A stretch of 64,000 nt of DNA from an uncultured Verrucomicrobiota bacterium (GCA_964525755.1 CAZGIK010000004.1:85293-149292), one strand, 5' to 3'; positions 49,546 through 58,329 are shown, counted from the first letter of the stretch. The notes: a model not told the origin generated them from the letters alone. Translations and numbers: made by a program.

Positions 49546-49661
49546 GTTGCATCGGCGGATGCCCGGGCGGCAGGCGACGGATCGGGAACGGGCTGCATCC
49601 TCGACCCATGCCCACCGCCGTGCCATGCGCCCCAGCCACGGGCCCCTATCCGCGATGCAAC
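49546..49661. repeat. Inverted 14/15-nt repeat pair in the ADH / giant-gene intergenic region
   Basis: GTTGCATCGGCGGAT (49546-49560) versus the reverse complement of ATCCGCGATGCAAC (49648-49661), which is GTTGCATCGCGGAT. They are identical apart from a 1-nt indel. Confidence 0.5.
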
Positions 49662-49671
49662 GGAAAGCCTC

Positions 49672-50697
49672 TCAGCCGGCCCCCACCTCCACCCGGACCT
49701 TCACCGCCCGACGGCCGGCGGCGGCGTCGTGGAAATGGCCGGGAAGCGCCTCCAACGACACCGACCCGTCCACGAAATCCCCCGCCCGCACCACCCCGTC
49801 GGCGATCAAAGCGAGGGCCCGGCGGATGGTCGACGGGGTGTGGTGGAAGCTGGCCCTCAGGGTCAGCGCCTCGTAGTGCCAACGGCCGGTGTCGAGGGTG
49901 ACGGTCGTCCCGGCGGGGCATCCCCCGAAGAAGTTCACCCGCCCGCCCTTCCGCACGCAGTCCACCGCCGCCTCCCATACCCCGGGACGGCCGGTGGCCT
50001 CGAGGACGGCGTCGAAGCCCGCGCCACGGACCGCATCGGGCACCCCGTCCGGATCGGCACTCTCGTGCACGGCCGACGCCCCGAGGCGCCGGGCCCGGTC
50101 GAGCCGCAGCGCGCCGCGCCCGGCCACCGTCACCTCCACCCCGGCCGCCCGCGCCGCCGCCAGCGCCAGCAGGCCGATCGGGCCGGAACCCACGACCAGC
50201 AGCCGTTCACCCGCCCGCAACGCAAGGTCGTCGAGTCCCAGCACCACGCACCCCAGGGGCTCGGCCAGCGCGGCATCGGCCGTGCCCACGCCCGACGGGA
50301 TCCGCAGCAGGTTCCGGGCGACGATCCGCGCCGGAACGACCACCGAGGCCGCATAGGCGCCGTTGAGGAACAGGAGGTCGTCACACAGGTTTTCCTGTCC
50401 GCGGCGGCACGGCGGGCAGATTCCGCAGGGGGCGGAATTGGCGGCCACGACCCGGTCCCCGACCCGCCAGTCGCCGGCATCCGGCCCGACCGCGTCGACG
50501 GTCCCGGCGAACTCATGCCCGAACCGGCACGGCGGCCGCAGCATCCGCGCGTGGTAGCCGCGCCGGAACACCTTGAGGTCGGTGCCGCAGGTCAGGGCGA
50601 CCTCCACCCGGACCCGGACCTCGCCCGGACCGGGGGCGGGATTCGGGACGTCCTCCACCCGGAGATCCCCGGGACCGTGCAGCACCGCGGCGCGCAT
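49672..50697 (-). CDS. Zinc-dependent medium-chain alcohol/polyol dehydrogenase
   Basis: Frame of track ORF 49672..50748(-), starting at ATG 50697. Blocks CGTDLKV, GHEFAG, the structural-zinc cluster CGICPPCRRGQENLC and the Rossmann VVGSGPIG. Confidence 0.85.
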   Translation of the reverse strand: MRAAVLHGPGDLRVEDVPNPAPGPGEVRVRVEVALTCGTDLKVFRRGYHARMLRPPCRFGHEFAGTVDAVGPDAGDWRVGDRVVAANSAPCGICPPCRRGQENLCDDLLFLNGAYAASVVVPARIVARNLLRIPSGVGTADAALAEPLGCVVLGLDDLALRAGERLLVVGSGPIGLLALAAARAAGVEVTVAGRGALRLDRARRLGASAVHESADPDGVPDAVRGAGFDAVLEATGRPGVWEAAVDCVRKGGRVNFFGGCPAGTTVTLDTGRWHYEALTLRASFHHTPSTIRRALALIADGVVRAGDFVDGSVSLEALPGHFHDAAAGRRAVKVRVEVGAG

Positions 50698-50762
50698 GCG
50701 CGGCAACCTCCGGACATGCGGCTTGCCCGGCAAGCGCAACTTCCCCACGGTGCGCGGCCGGC

Positions 50763-51422
50763 ATGGAGACCCTGCGGCAACTCCTCGACATCCTCCTGCA
50801 CCTGCAGGACCACCTGAACGACCTGGCGGCCAACTACGGCCCCTGGATCTACGGGATCCTGTTCCTCATCATCTTCGCCGAGACCGGCCTGGTGGTGACC
50901 CCGTTCCTCCCCGGCGACTCGCTCCTCTTCGCGGTCGGCGCCCTCGCCGCCGGCGGCACGCTCAACGTGTTCATCGCCGGGGCGTTGATGCTGGTCGCCG
51001 CCATCCTCGGCGACACCGTGAACTACTGGGTCGGCAAGCTGGCCGGGGTGCAGCTCCAGCGACGTTTCCCGCGGCTGGTGAAGCAGGAGTACATCGACCG
51101 CACCTCCGACTTCTTCGAGCGCTACGGCGGCAAGACCATCATCCTCGCCCGGTTCGTCCCGATCGTCCGCACGTTCGCCCCGTTCGTCGCCGGCATGGGC
51201 GCCATGAACTACGGCCGCTTCATGCTCTTCAACGTGTCCGGGGCGATCCTCTGGATCGGGCTGATCCTCCCGTGCGGCTGGTTCTTCGGGAATCTCCCGT
51301 TCGTGAAGAAGCACTTCGAGCTGGTGGTCCTCGGGATCATCTTCGTCAGCGTCGTCCCGATGCTGTTCGAGCTCTGGAAGGCCCGTCGCACCCCCGCCCC
51401 GGAACGCCGTCCCAACGGCTGA
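50763..51422 (+). CDS. DedA family membrane protein
   Basis: Track ORF. Blocks FAETGLVVTPFLPGDSLLF, RFVPIVRTFAPFVAG. Confidence 0.9.
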   Translation: METLRQLLDILLHLQDHLNDLAANYGPWIYGILFLIIFAETGLVVTPFLPGDSLLFAVGALAAGGTLNVFIAGALMLVAAILGDTVNYWVGKLAGVQLQRRFPRLVKQEYIDRTSDFFERYGGKTIILARFVPIVRTFAPFVAGMGAMNYGRFMLFNVSGAILWIGLILPCGWFFGNLPFVKKHFELVVLGIIFVSVVPMLFELWKARRTPAPERRPNG

Positions 51423-51502
51423 GAGGATGTCCGGAAACTCCGAGAGATCGCTCCTCTGCCGGCCCGTTGCCACGAAGCGTTTCGGCGGTAGGATCCCGTC
51501 CC

Positions 51503-51979
51503 ATGGCCAAGGCCCCCACCCTGACGCTGCAGCCCGGTGACCCGGCACCCGACTTCACCGCCACCGCCACCGACGGATCCACCGTCACCCTCGCCTCCCT
51601 CCGGGGACGCCACGTCGTCCTGTATTTCTATCCGAAGGACGACACCCCGGGATGCACCAGGGAGGCCTGCGCCTTCCGCGACGTCCATGACGCCTTCGGG
51701 AAGCGCGGCGCGGTCGTGCTCGGGGTCAGCGTCGACCCGGTCCGGGCCCACCAGAAGTTCACCGCCAAGTACCGCCTCCCCTTCCCCCTGCTGGCCGACG
51801 AGGACCGGAAGATCGTCACCGCCTACGGCGTCTGGGGGGAAAAGGTGTTCATGGGCCGACGCTACGAGGGCACCCATCGGGTCACGTTCCACATCGGACC
51901 CGACGGGCGCATCGCCCATGTCTGGCCCCAGGTGAAGCCGGAGACCCACGCGGCCGAGGTCCTGGCGGCGCTCGGTTGA
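51503..51979 (+). CDS. bcp: Thiol peroxidase Bcp (peroxiredoxin)
   Basis: Tail of track ORF 50573..51979, starting at ATG 51503. Blocks VVLYFYPKDDTPGCTREAC, GVSVD and TFHIGPDGRI. Confidence 0.9.
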   Translation: MAKAPTLTLQPGDPAPDFTATATDGSTVTLASLRGRHVVLYFYPKDDTPGCTREACAFRDVHDAFGKRGAVVLGVSVDPVRAHQKFTAKYRLPFPLLADEDRKIVTAYGVWGEKVFMGRRYEGTHRVTFHIGPDGRIAHVWPQVKPETHAAEVLAALG

Positions 51980-52005
51980 ACCGGACCGGAGGCCCGGACG
52001 GGCTT

Positions 52006-54132
52006 TCACCGGTCCCCGGCCCGGACCACCACCAGCCAGTCGGAGGACGGATCCGACGGCGGGTTCCCCAGGGACACCGGGGCCCCGCCGGGCACGCGGG
52101 CGATGTCGGAAAGCCGGAGGGGACCGCCCTCCCGGGGATTGAACCACCGCACGTCGTACACGCCCGTCGTCCCGTCGAGGTCGAGCGCCGCCGTGCCGCC
52201 CTCCGGCAGGTAGACGAGGTACACCTCCCCGGGGGCTGCCAGGCAGTAGCGGGAGTTGTCGTGTCCGGGGTTCCCCACCAGCGCGTCGGCGTTGGCCATC
52301 CGCCAGAACGGGATCCGCTCGGCCTCGAAGAACCCGAGGGCGATCCGGATGAAGTCCCACGACCGTTCCCGACTCCGGAAGTCCTCGCAGACGAGATCGT
52401 TCTCCGGGAGCTGGTATCCGAAGTAGTATTCCACGCCGGCACCGCCCGCCATGAGGTTGCCCCAGAGGGTGAACTTGCGGATGTCGTGCAGGGTGTAGGT
52501 GCGGTCTCCGTCGCGGGCGAGTCCGTCGCCCCCGGCGTATCCGGGATCGGGTGGCACGCCCATGGAGGCGGGGTTCTGCTCGTCATTGGCCACCACCCAC
52601 GGCCGCCCGGCCGCCGCGGAGGCCCGGATCCAGTGCAGGGTCCGCCGGTGGACCTCCCGCCACGAGTTCTGCAGGGAGACTCCCGTCAGGGCCGACCGGT
52701 CGCCGAGCAGGGGCGTGTACACCTCGTCCTGCTGGTCGGGGAAGGTGTGCAGGACGATGGGATGCCGGTAGGGATCGTTCGCCGCAAGCCACGCCGCCAT
52801 GGCGCGCTGCTCGTCGGGTGTCTGGGTGTTTTCCTCCCCGAGGTTCCAGTTGAGCGCCGGATGATGTCCGAACCGCGCAACCAACTCGCGGAGGTACAGG
52901 ATGCGCTCGGGACCGAGCCGTCCCCCGTCCAACGCCTCGGGCACCCGCCCCGGTGTGCGCCCGGATCCCAGCCGCTCGTCGTCGAGCTCGTTCTCCTGGA
53001 GCTTGAAGTGCAGGTGCAACCCGAGCCGGGTGGCGTGTCCGAAAACGATGTTCCACTGGTCGAGCTTGGAGCAGTCGTAGCGGAGCTTGTTCGTGCGGGC
53101 GGTGAAGGGCCACACGTTGTCGCCGTCGCCGCCGGCGTTGTAGGGCAGGAAGGAGACCGTGTTGCACCCGCGCCCGGCCAGGTAGTTCAACGCCCCGATC
53201 AGGCCCCGGCCCCGCCCGCCCCGCCAGGTCGGGTCCCCGTCCCTCCAGTCGCGCCCATGCGGCGCCCAGGTCTTGAGCGTCGACACGGGCGCCGCCTCGC
53301 CCGAACGCGTCCCCCGCGTTCGACCGGGCTCCGTCCCGTCGAAATCCGCAGTGGCCAGCAGGGTCTCCGGGGCGTCCGGACCGCCCTTGAGGAACCAGCG
53401 GCCCGAGCCGACGAAGCGCAGGTGGTGACGGCCCACATGGGCCAGGCGGCCGTGGGCCCGGAAATCGCGGCCCGACTTGTCGGTCGGCGCCACCTCGATC
53501 GCCCCCCGCCGACCCTCCCACCCGGCCACCGGCTCCCCCTCGGACTCCCGCACCGCCACCCCGGGCCCCCTCACAAACGCGATGCGATAGTCCCAGCGGC
53601 CCGGCTTCTCCGGCGCCAGATGGACCCGCCAGGCCGTGCCGGCCTCGGCACCGGTCTCACCCGACCGCCCGTCGGCCGCAAAATACCCCGGCACCCGCAC
53701 CTCCGGCTCCCCGGACTCATGGGTGAAGACCACCGTCAGCCGGTAGTCGGTGAACGGGTTCGGGGTCGGGTCGGACTCCCGGGCGTAGGGGCCGTCGAGT
53801 GTCAATGTCACCTCGTGCCACTGGCGCAACTCCCCGCCGACCTCCACAGCGCCGGAACCGTCAGGCGGACGCGGCCCGGCGGCCGCGAGGGCATCGGCAT
53901 CCAGATGCTCCTGGATCCAGCGGGCCAGGGTCGAACTGCCGCGTCCGTACCCGCCGGGCAGGGGGCGCAGATCGCGGGTCTGCACCGCGGGCGGTGGTCC
54001 CCAGTGGGCCGGGAAGGACCGGTCAACCCCGGATGCTCCCGGTGCTTCCGTCGTGGACTGCGCCCGCAGCGGGCCGCCAGCGCACACCAGGCCAAGGACC
54101 AGCAGCAGGATCGGGTGGGGACAGGCGTTCAT
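52006..54132 (-). CDS. Secreted DUF5060-domain protein with a GH5-like (DUF4038-type) glycoside hydrolase core
   Basis: Frame of track ORF 52006..54351(-). ATG 54132 gives the signal peptide MNACPHPILLLVLGLVCAGGPLRA. DUF5060-like block WHEVTLTLDGP...NPFTDYRLTVVFTH...VPGYFAADG...WRVHLAPEKPGRWDY, then NWNLGEE and a C-terminal YDVRWFNPREG. Confidence 0.65.
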   Translation of the reverse strand: MNACPHPILLLVLGLVCAGGPLRAQSTTEAPGASGVDRSFPAHWGPPPAVQTRDLRPLPGGYGRGSSTLARWIQEHLDADALAAAGPRPPDGSGAVEVGGELRQWHEVTLTLDGPYARESDPTPNPFTDYRLTVVFTHESGEPEVRVPGYFAADGRSGETGAEAGTAWRVHLAPEKPGRWDYRIAFVRGPGVAVRESEGEPVAGWEGRRGAIEVAPTDKSGRDFRAHGRLAHVGRHHLRFVGSGRWFLKGGPDAPETLLATADFDGTEPGRTRGTRSGEAAPVSTLKTWAPHGRDWRDGDPTWRGGRGRGLIGALNYLAGRGCNTVSFLPYNAGGDGDNVWPFTARTNKLRYDCSKLDQWNIVFGHATRLGLHLHFKLQENELDDERLGSGRTPGRVPEALDGGRLGPERILYLRELVARFGHHPALNWNLGEENTQTPDEQRAMAAWLAANDPYRHPIVLHTFPDQQDEVYTPLLGDRSALTGVSLQNSWREVHRRTLHWIRASAAAGRPWVVANDEQNPASMGVPPDPGYAGGDGLARDGDRTYTLHDIRKFTLWGNLMAGGAGVEYYFGYQLPENDLVCEDFRSRERSWDFIRIALGFFEAERIPFWRMANADALVGNPGHDNSRYCLAAPGEVYLVYLPEGGTAALDLDGTTGVYDVRWFNPREGGPLRLSDIARVPGGAPVSLGNPPSDPSSDWLVVVRAGDR

Positions 54133-54139
54133 GGTCGTT

Positions 54140-54616
54140 TCAGTAGGGCACGCGGTCGGGCTTGGCCCGCCACTCGTCGAAGAGCGACACCGCCATCCCG
54201 CGCAGGAGGGGCTCGACGGGAATGCGCCGACGCTCCGGCGGGGTGGCGATCTCCCGGTAGAGCCATTCGTCGTCGAAGCCGGCGGCGGCCGCGTCGTGCC
54301 GGTTCGCGGCATGGAGGATGCGGTCCACCCGGGCCCAATGGGCCGCGGCAAGGCACATCGGACAGGGCTCGCAGCTCGTGTAGAGCTCGCAGCCGCGCAG
54401 CTGGAAGTCGCCGACGTGACGACAGGCGGCGCGGATGGCGACCATCTCCGCGTGGGCGGTGGGATCGTTCGTGCCGACGACCTGGTTCCATCCGCGTCCG
54501 ATGATCTCCCCGTCGCGCACGATGACGCATCCGAAGGGCCCCCCCGCGTTGGCGTGCATCCCCTCGCGCGCCAGGCGGATGGCTTCCCGCATGAAGTCGG
54601 ACCGTTCCGGGTTCAT
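54140..54616 (-). CDS. guaD: Guanine deaminase (CDA-fold, GuaD type)
   Basis: Track ORF, 158 aa. Blocks GGPFGCVIV, DPTAHAEMVAIR, YTSCEPCPMCLAA and DAAAAGFDDEWLY are collinear, from memory, with Bacillus subtilis GuaD. Confidence 0.8.
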   Translation of the reverse strand: MNPERSDFMREAIRLAREGMHANAGGPFGCVIVRDGEIIGRGWNQVVGTNDPTAHAEMVAIRAACRHVGDFQLRGCELYTSCEPCPMCLAAAHWARVDRILHAANRHDAAAAGFDDEWLYREIATPPERRRIPVEPLLRGMAVSLFDEWRAKPDRVPY

Positions 54617-54628
54617 CGGGACCGGATG

Positions 54629-55357
54629 CTACGGCAACTCCCGGATCCGGAGGTTGCGGAACTCGACCGGGGAACCCTCGGACTCGAGGCACAGGTGGCC
54701 GCTGGCCGGCCGGCAGTCGGTTCCGCCGGAAACCTCCTCCCCGTTCACCCACAACCGGACCTCCCCGTTCACGGCGCGGACGTAGTAATGGTTCCACTCG
54801 TTCACCCCGCGACTCATCTGCTTCCGCGGGAAGCTGCGACGACCGTCGGGCGCCACCGGCGGGAACGGCCGCATGTGGGCCGGGCCGGTGGGAAAGACAT
54901 CCCCGTGGGTGGTGAACCAGTCGGCCTTCTTCCCGTGGTCCCGCTCGTACTGCTCCGTGTAGCCATGGTCGAGCACCTGGACCTCGATGCCGTCCGGCAG
55001 CCGACCCTTTCCGGCCTCGAGGTTCCGGATCGACGCTTCGCTGGCCCAGAGGAAGATCCCGGAGTTCCCGCCCGACTTCAGATGCCGCCATTCCACCACC
55101 AGCTCCAGATTGGTCATCGACTGGCGGGACCGGATCACCCCGACCGGCTGGCCCGTGCATTGGATCAGGCCGGGTGACCAGGTGAAGGTGTTGGTGGGAC
55201 AGTTCACCTGGACGAATTCCGACTCGTCCAGGACGCGCCATCCGGGTCCTGTCCCGTCGATGAATGCCCGGGGGGCGGAGGGCGCCGGTTCATCGGCACG
55301 GCCGGCGTCGTCGGCCAGGATCAGAACGGCAGCGCAGGCGGCGAGGCGGGAAATCAC
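54629..55357 (-). CDS. Secreted DUF1080 (3-keto-disaccharide hydrolase-like, concanavalin fold) protein
   Basis: Part of track ORF 54629..55912(-). The likely start, GTG 55357, gives the signal peptide (V)ISRLAACAAVLILA. Blocks NLELVVEWRHLKSGGNSGIFLW, NEWNHYYVRAVNGEVRLWVNG and GHLCLESEGSPVEFRNLRIREL. Confidence 0.8.
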   Translation of the reverse strand: MISRLAACAAVLILADDAGRADEPAPSAPRAFIDGTGPGWRVLDESEFVQVNCPTNTFTWSPGLIQCTGQPVGVIRSRQSMTNLELVVEWRHLKSGGNSGIFLWASEASIRNLEAGKGRLPDGIEVQVLDHGYTEQYERDHGKKADWFTTHGDVFPTGPAHMRPFPPVAPDGRRSFPRKQMSRGVNEWNHYYVRAVNGEVRLWVNGEEVSGGTDCRPASGHLCLESEGSPVEFRNLRIRELP

Positions 55358-55573
55358 GTCGGGGGGAGTAGCATCCCCCACCCCGGCCGGGCGAGCGAAA
55401 CCGGGCCCCGGCGAAACCGATCCCCGGCGGACGCCACGCGGGCGTCCTCGTAATCGTGATCGTGATCGTCCTCGGGTCCCGAGGCTTTCCCTCTCGAGGA
55501 CGGGCTTCGGACGCGGGGTTGACACGAACGGACGCACCGGGGTGAGTTGGTGCACGACCGTCGCCGCCCCGCC

Positions 55574-55822
55574 ATGCACCTCCCCTCCCGATCCCCGGCC
55601 CGCCGGGCGCGCGCCTTCACCCTGATCGAGCTGCTGGTGGTGATCGCCATCCTCGGCGACGTGGCCACCTTCGGCGACCTCTCGGGCCGGGCCGACACCA
55701 TGAACATAAAGAAGTGGTTCACCCGCGAGTACGCCGGCACCAAGGTCCGGCCCCGGGAACCGGACTTCACCGGCCCCAACGACGCCGGGTCCAATCCGGC
55801 CTCGCGGAACGGCGGCTTCTAG
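55574..55822 (+). CDS. Short (82-aa) protein with a prepilin-type N-terminal methylation-domain helix; possibly a truncated remnant of an H-X9-DG/DUF1559-type gene
   Basis: Frame of track ORF 55547..55822, starting at ATG 55574. ARRARAFTLIELLVVIAILG is the pseudopilin N-terminal signature. The sequence then diverges at once and ends after about 55 more residues, with no H-X9-DG motif. GC content dips locally around 55690-55715. Confidence 0.4.
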   Translation: MHLPSRSPARRARAFTLIELLVVIAILGDVATFGDLSGRADTMNIKKWFTREYAGTKVRPREPDFTGPNDAGSNPASRNGGF

Positions 55823-55875
55823 CGGGCGGAGCCCCCCGGGAAGAAAACACCCGTCCGGTGCCTCCCACCCGAGCC

Positions 55876-56949
55876 ATGTCGCCCGAAGCCTTCGACATCT
55901 TCCGGAGGACACACCCCGGCGCCTTCCTCCTCGACCCGTCCCAACCCGGAACCCTCGCCGGACACCTGGTCCGCCTGGGCTGGCTGGATCCCGATGAACC
56001 CCTGCGCTCGCTCGGCCCCGCCGGCGAGGGCAACATGAACTGCACGGTACGGGCGGTGACCGACCGCCGCACGTTCATCGTCAAGCAGGCCCGGCCCTGG
56101 GTGGAGAAGTACCCGCAGTTCGCCGCCCCATGGGACCGCGCCCGGACCGAGGCGGCGTTCTACCTCCGCGTGGCGGACAACCCGGCGGTGGCCGGCCTCA
56201 TGCCCCGGCTCCTCGGACACGACCCGGAGTCGCGTCTGCTCCTCCTCGAGGACCTCGGCACCGGGGGCGACCTGTCGTCCGCGTACCGCGATCCGACCCG
56301 TCTCCGTGCCGACCTGATCCGCTCCCTCGCCGGCTATCTTGGCGCCCTGCATGCCGGGTTCCCCGCCCCGCCCGGCCCCTCGCCCCTTCCCAACCGCGAG
56401 ATGCGGGCGCTGAACCATACCCACATCTTCCGGATCCCCTACGAACCGGGGGCCTGGCCCGACCTCGAGCCCGTCCTGCCAGGGCTCGAGGCGGTCGCCG
56501 CCGGGTTCCGAAACGACGCCGGCCTGCGCGAGGCCGTCGCCGCGCTGGGCGATTCGGTCTACCTCGCCGACGGCCCCTGCCTGCTGCACGGGGACTTCTT
56601 CCCGGGGAGCTTTCTCGACACCCCCGACGGTCCCCGGGTCATCGACCCGGAGTTCTGCTTCTTCGGCCGGCCGGAATGGGACGCCGGGGTGTTCGTCGCC
56701 CACCTGGTGCTCGCCGGAGCGCCGGAACCGGTCCACGCCGCCTGGTGGCGGGCCTACCGGCCGCCGGCGGGATTCCAGCCCCGGTTGGCGCACCAGTTGG
56801 CCGGGGCGGAGATCCTGCGCCGGATCCTCGGCTACGCCCAACTGCCGCTCGGCTCGGACCTGGCGACGCGGAAGGCCCAGCTCGAGCGGGCCCGCGCCTG
56901 GGTGCTGGAACCTCCCGATCCCGTTGCAACTCCCGACCCCGCCCCATGA
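55876..56949 (+). CDS. APH-fold kinase resembling 5-methylthioribose kinase (MtnK-like)
   Basis: Frame of track ORF 55714..56949, starting at ATG 55876. Blocks GEGNMNCTVRAV, FIVKQARPW and LLHGDFFPGSFL...VIDPEFCFFGRPEWDAGVFVAHL, which parallels the MtnK HGDLHTGS...VIDPEFAFYGP..FD.G arrangement. Confidence 0.65.
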   Translation: MSPEAFDIFRRTHPGAFLLDPSQPGTLAGHLVRLGWLDPDEPLRSLGPAGEGNMNCTVRAVTDRRTFIVKQARPWVEKYPQFAAPWDRARTEAAFYLRVADNPAVAGLMPRLLGHDPESRLLLLEDLGTGGDLSSAYRDPTRLRADLIRSLAGYLGALHAGFPAPPGPSPLPNREMRALNHTHIFRIPYEPGAWPDLEPVLPGLEAVAAGFRNDAGLREAVAALGDSVYLADGPCLLHGDFFPGSFLDTPDGPRVIDPEFCFFGRPEWDAGVFVAHLVLAGAPEPVHAAWWRAYRPPAGFQPRLAHQLAGAEILRRILGYAQLPLGSDLATRKAQLERARAWVLEPPDPVATPDPAP

Positions 56950-58220
56950 CCCATCGAGTGCCCCGCCGCCGCTTCCTCGGCACCCTCCCCCTGGCCGCCC
57001 TGCTGCCCCGGATGGGCCGTGCCGGGGCGACGGCCGATCCCAACCTCTCCGACCGCATCCGGGGCCTGCTCTGGGCCGGTTACCTCGGCGATGCCCTGGG
57101 CGGGCCGGTCGAGTTCCAGCCGCCCGAGAAGGTCCGGGCGTTGCCCGATCCCCCGAAGGCATGGGCCGACGACGAGGTCCTCGACGGGGCCGCCCTGGCC
57201 GCCACTGCCGCCCGCCTGCGGCTGAGGCCCTACGGTCCGCTCCGGCCCGAGCCCGAGTCCTACGGGCACTGGACGGCCGACGCCCCCGCCGGGACGGTCA
57301 CCGACGATTCCCGCCACAAGCTCGTCCTGATCCGCGCACTGGCCACGGCGGACGCGAACCGCGGCTGGCCGATCGGGGTGCGCGACCTCGCCCGGGCCTA
57401 CCTGGAGTGGCCGGACCAGGCGTTCATCCGATCGACTCCCGGCTTCCGCGAGTTGTGTGCCGACTGGCTGGAGGAGTGGCAACTGGGTGCCCGGTGGGTG
57501 CTCAGGCAGCGCGACCCGGCCGTGGCCCTGCCGCCCGAGCGGATGTGGAACGGGGTGCCGACCTGCTGCGGGCAGATGACCCTCCCGCCGCTGGCCGCCC
57601 TGTTCCCCGGGCGCCCGGGCGAGGCGTACCTCGCGGCCTACCACCTGGCGTATTTCGACAACGGGTTCGGGCGCGACCTCAACGCGGCGCTGGTGGCGGG
57701 CCTGGCCGAGGCGCTGGCCACGCCGCTCGACCCGGACCGCCCGGCCGATGCGTGGGCGCGGGTCTTCCACGCGGTCCGCGAGACCGATCCCCTCGGCCAT
57801 GCCCGGATCCGGTGGATGCAACGTCCGCTGCACCGATGGATGGACCTGGCCCGGGAGGCGGTCGACGAGGCCGCCGGACGTCCGGCCCGGCTGTTCCGAC
57901 GTCTCGAGACCGAGTTCGCCCGGACCACCAAGTGGGAGGCCCAGGTGCCGCTGGTCGTGGCCTTCGCCTGCATCGAAATGGCGCGGTACGAGCCGATGGC
58001 GGCCCTGCAGCTTGCCCTCGAATGGGGACACGACTCCGACTCCTACGCCGCCCTGCTCGGCGCGTTCATCGGCGCCCTCCACGGCCCGGGGATCTTCCCC
58101 TCCCGATGGATCGCCGCGGTCGGAGCCCGGATGAAGTCTGACTACGATTCCGACCCGGAATCCGACGCCGCCCTGCTGCTGCGACTTTCCCGGGAGCCGG
58201 GCCGGATCGCCCCGCCCTGA
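56946..58220 (+). CDS. ADP-ribosylglycohydrolase-family protein with a twin-arginine (TAT) signal peptide
   Basis: Tail of track ORF 56130..58220. ATG 56946 overlaps the kinase stop (ATGA). Leader MTHRVPRRRFLGTLPLAALLP...AGA, then the ARH N-terminal block IRGLLWAGYLGDALGGPVEF and the C-terminal HDSDSYAALLGAFIGALHG. Confidence 0.8.
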   Translation: MTHRVPRRRFLGTLPLAALLPRMGRAGATADPNLSDRIRGLLWAGYLGDALGGPVEFQPPEKVRALPDPPKAWADDEVLDGAALAATAARLRLRPYGPLRPEPESYGHWTADAPAGTVTDDSRHKLVLIRALATADANRGWPIGVRDLARAYLEWPDQAFIRSTPGFRELCADWLEEWQLGARWVLRQRDPAVALPPERMWNGVPTCCGQMTLPPLAALFPGRPGEAYLAAYHLAYFDNGFGRDLNAALVAGLAEALATPLDPDRPADAWARVFHAVRETDPLGHARIRWMQRPLHRWMDLAREAVDEAAGRPARLFRRLETEFARTTKWEAQVPLVVAFACIEMARYEPMAALQLALEWGHDSDSYAALLGAFIGALHGPGIFPSRWIAAVGARMKSDYDSDPESDAALLLRLSREPGRIAPP

Positions 58221-58263
58221 GCCCCCTCTGTCCGGTCCCGCCCACGGCGGCCATGCATTGGGT

Positions 58264-58329
58264 GGAACCGCGGGTGCGGTTCCGGACCGCGGACCCATCC
58301 CAGCAGTGTGGGTGGATGGATCCGCGGTC
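58264..58329 (+). terminator. Two adjacent GC-rich hairpins downstream of the ADP-ribosylglycohydrolase gene (possible terminator or leader structure)
   Basis: GGAACCGC-GGGT-GCGGTTCC (58264-58283) is a perfect 8-bp stem. GACCGCGGA...TCCGCGGTC (58285-58329) is a 9-bp outer stem with an imperfect inner CCATCC/GGATGG pairing. There is no U-tract. Confidence 0.3.

Noticed and set aside
42616-50817. Two very long plus-strand ORFs (42616..46506, 1,296 aa; 46717..50817, 1,366 aa)
   Set aside because: They are antisense to the 1,719-aa multidomain gene and to the ADH gene. The translations are low-complexity (R/G/P/A/V/D) with no recognisable domains. The minus strand carries coherent ThuA, dehydrogenase, CxxCH and ADH motifs.
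55519-55548. Sigma-70-like promoter: TTGACA (55519-55524) upstream of the short pseudopilin-like ORF
   Set aside because: The -35 hexamer is perfect. However, the sequence 17-18 nt downstream (GTGAGT/TGAGTT) matches TATAAT at only 2 of 6 positions. That is too weak to call without transcript data.
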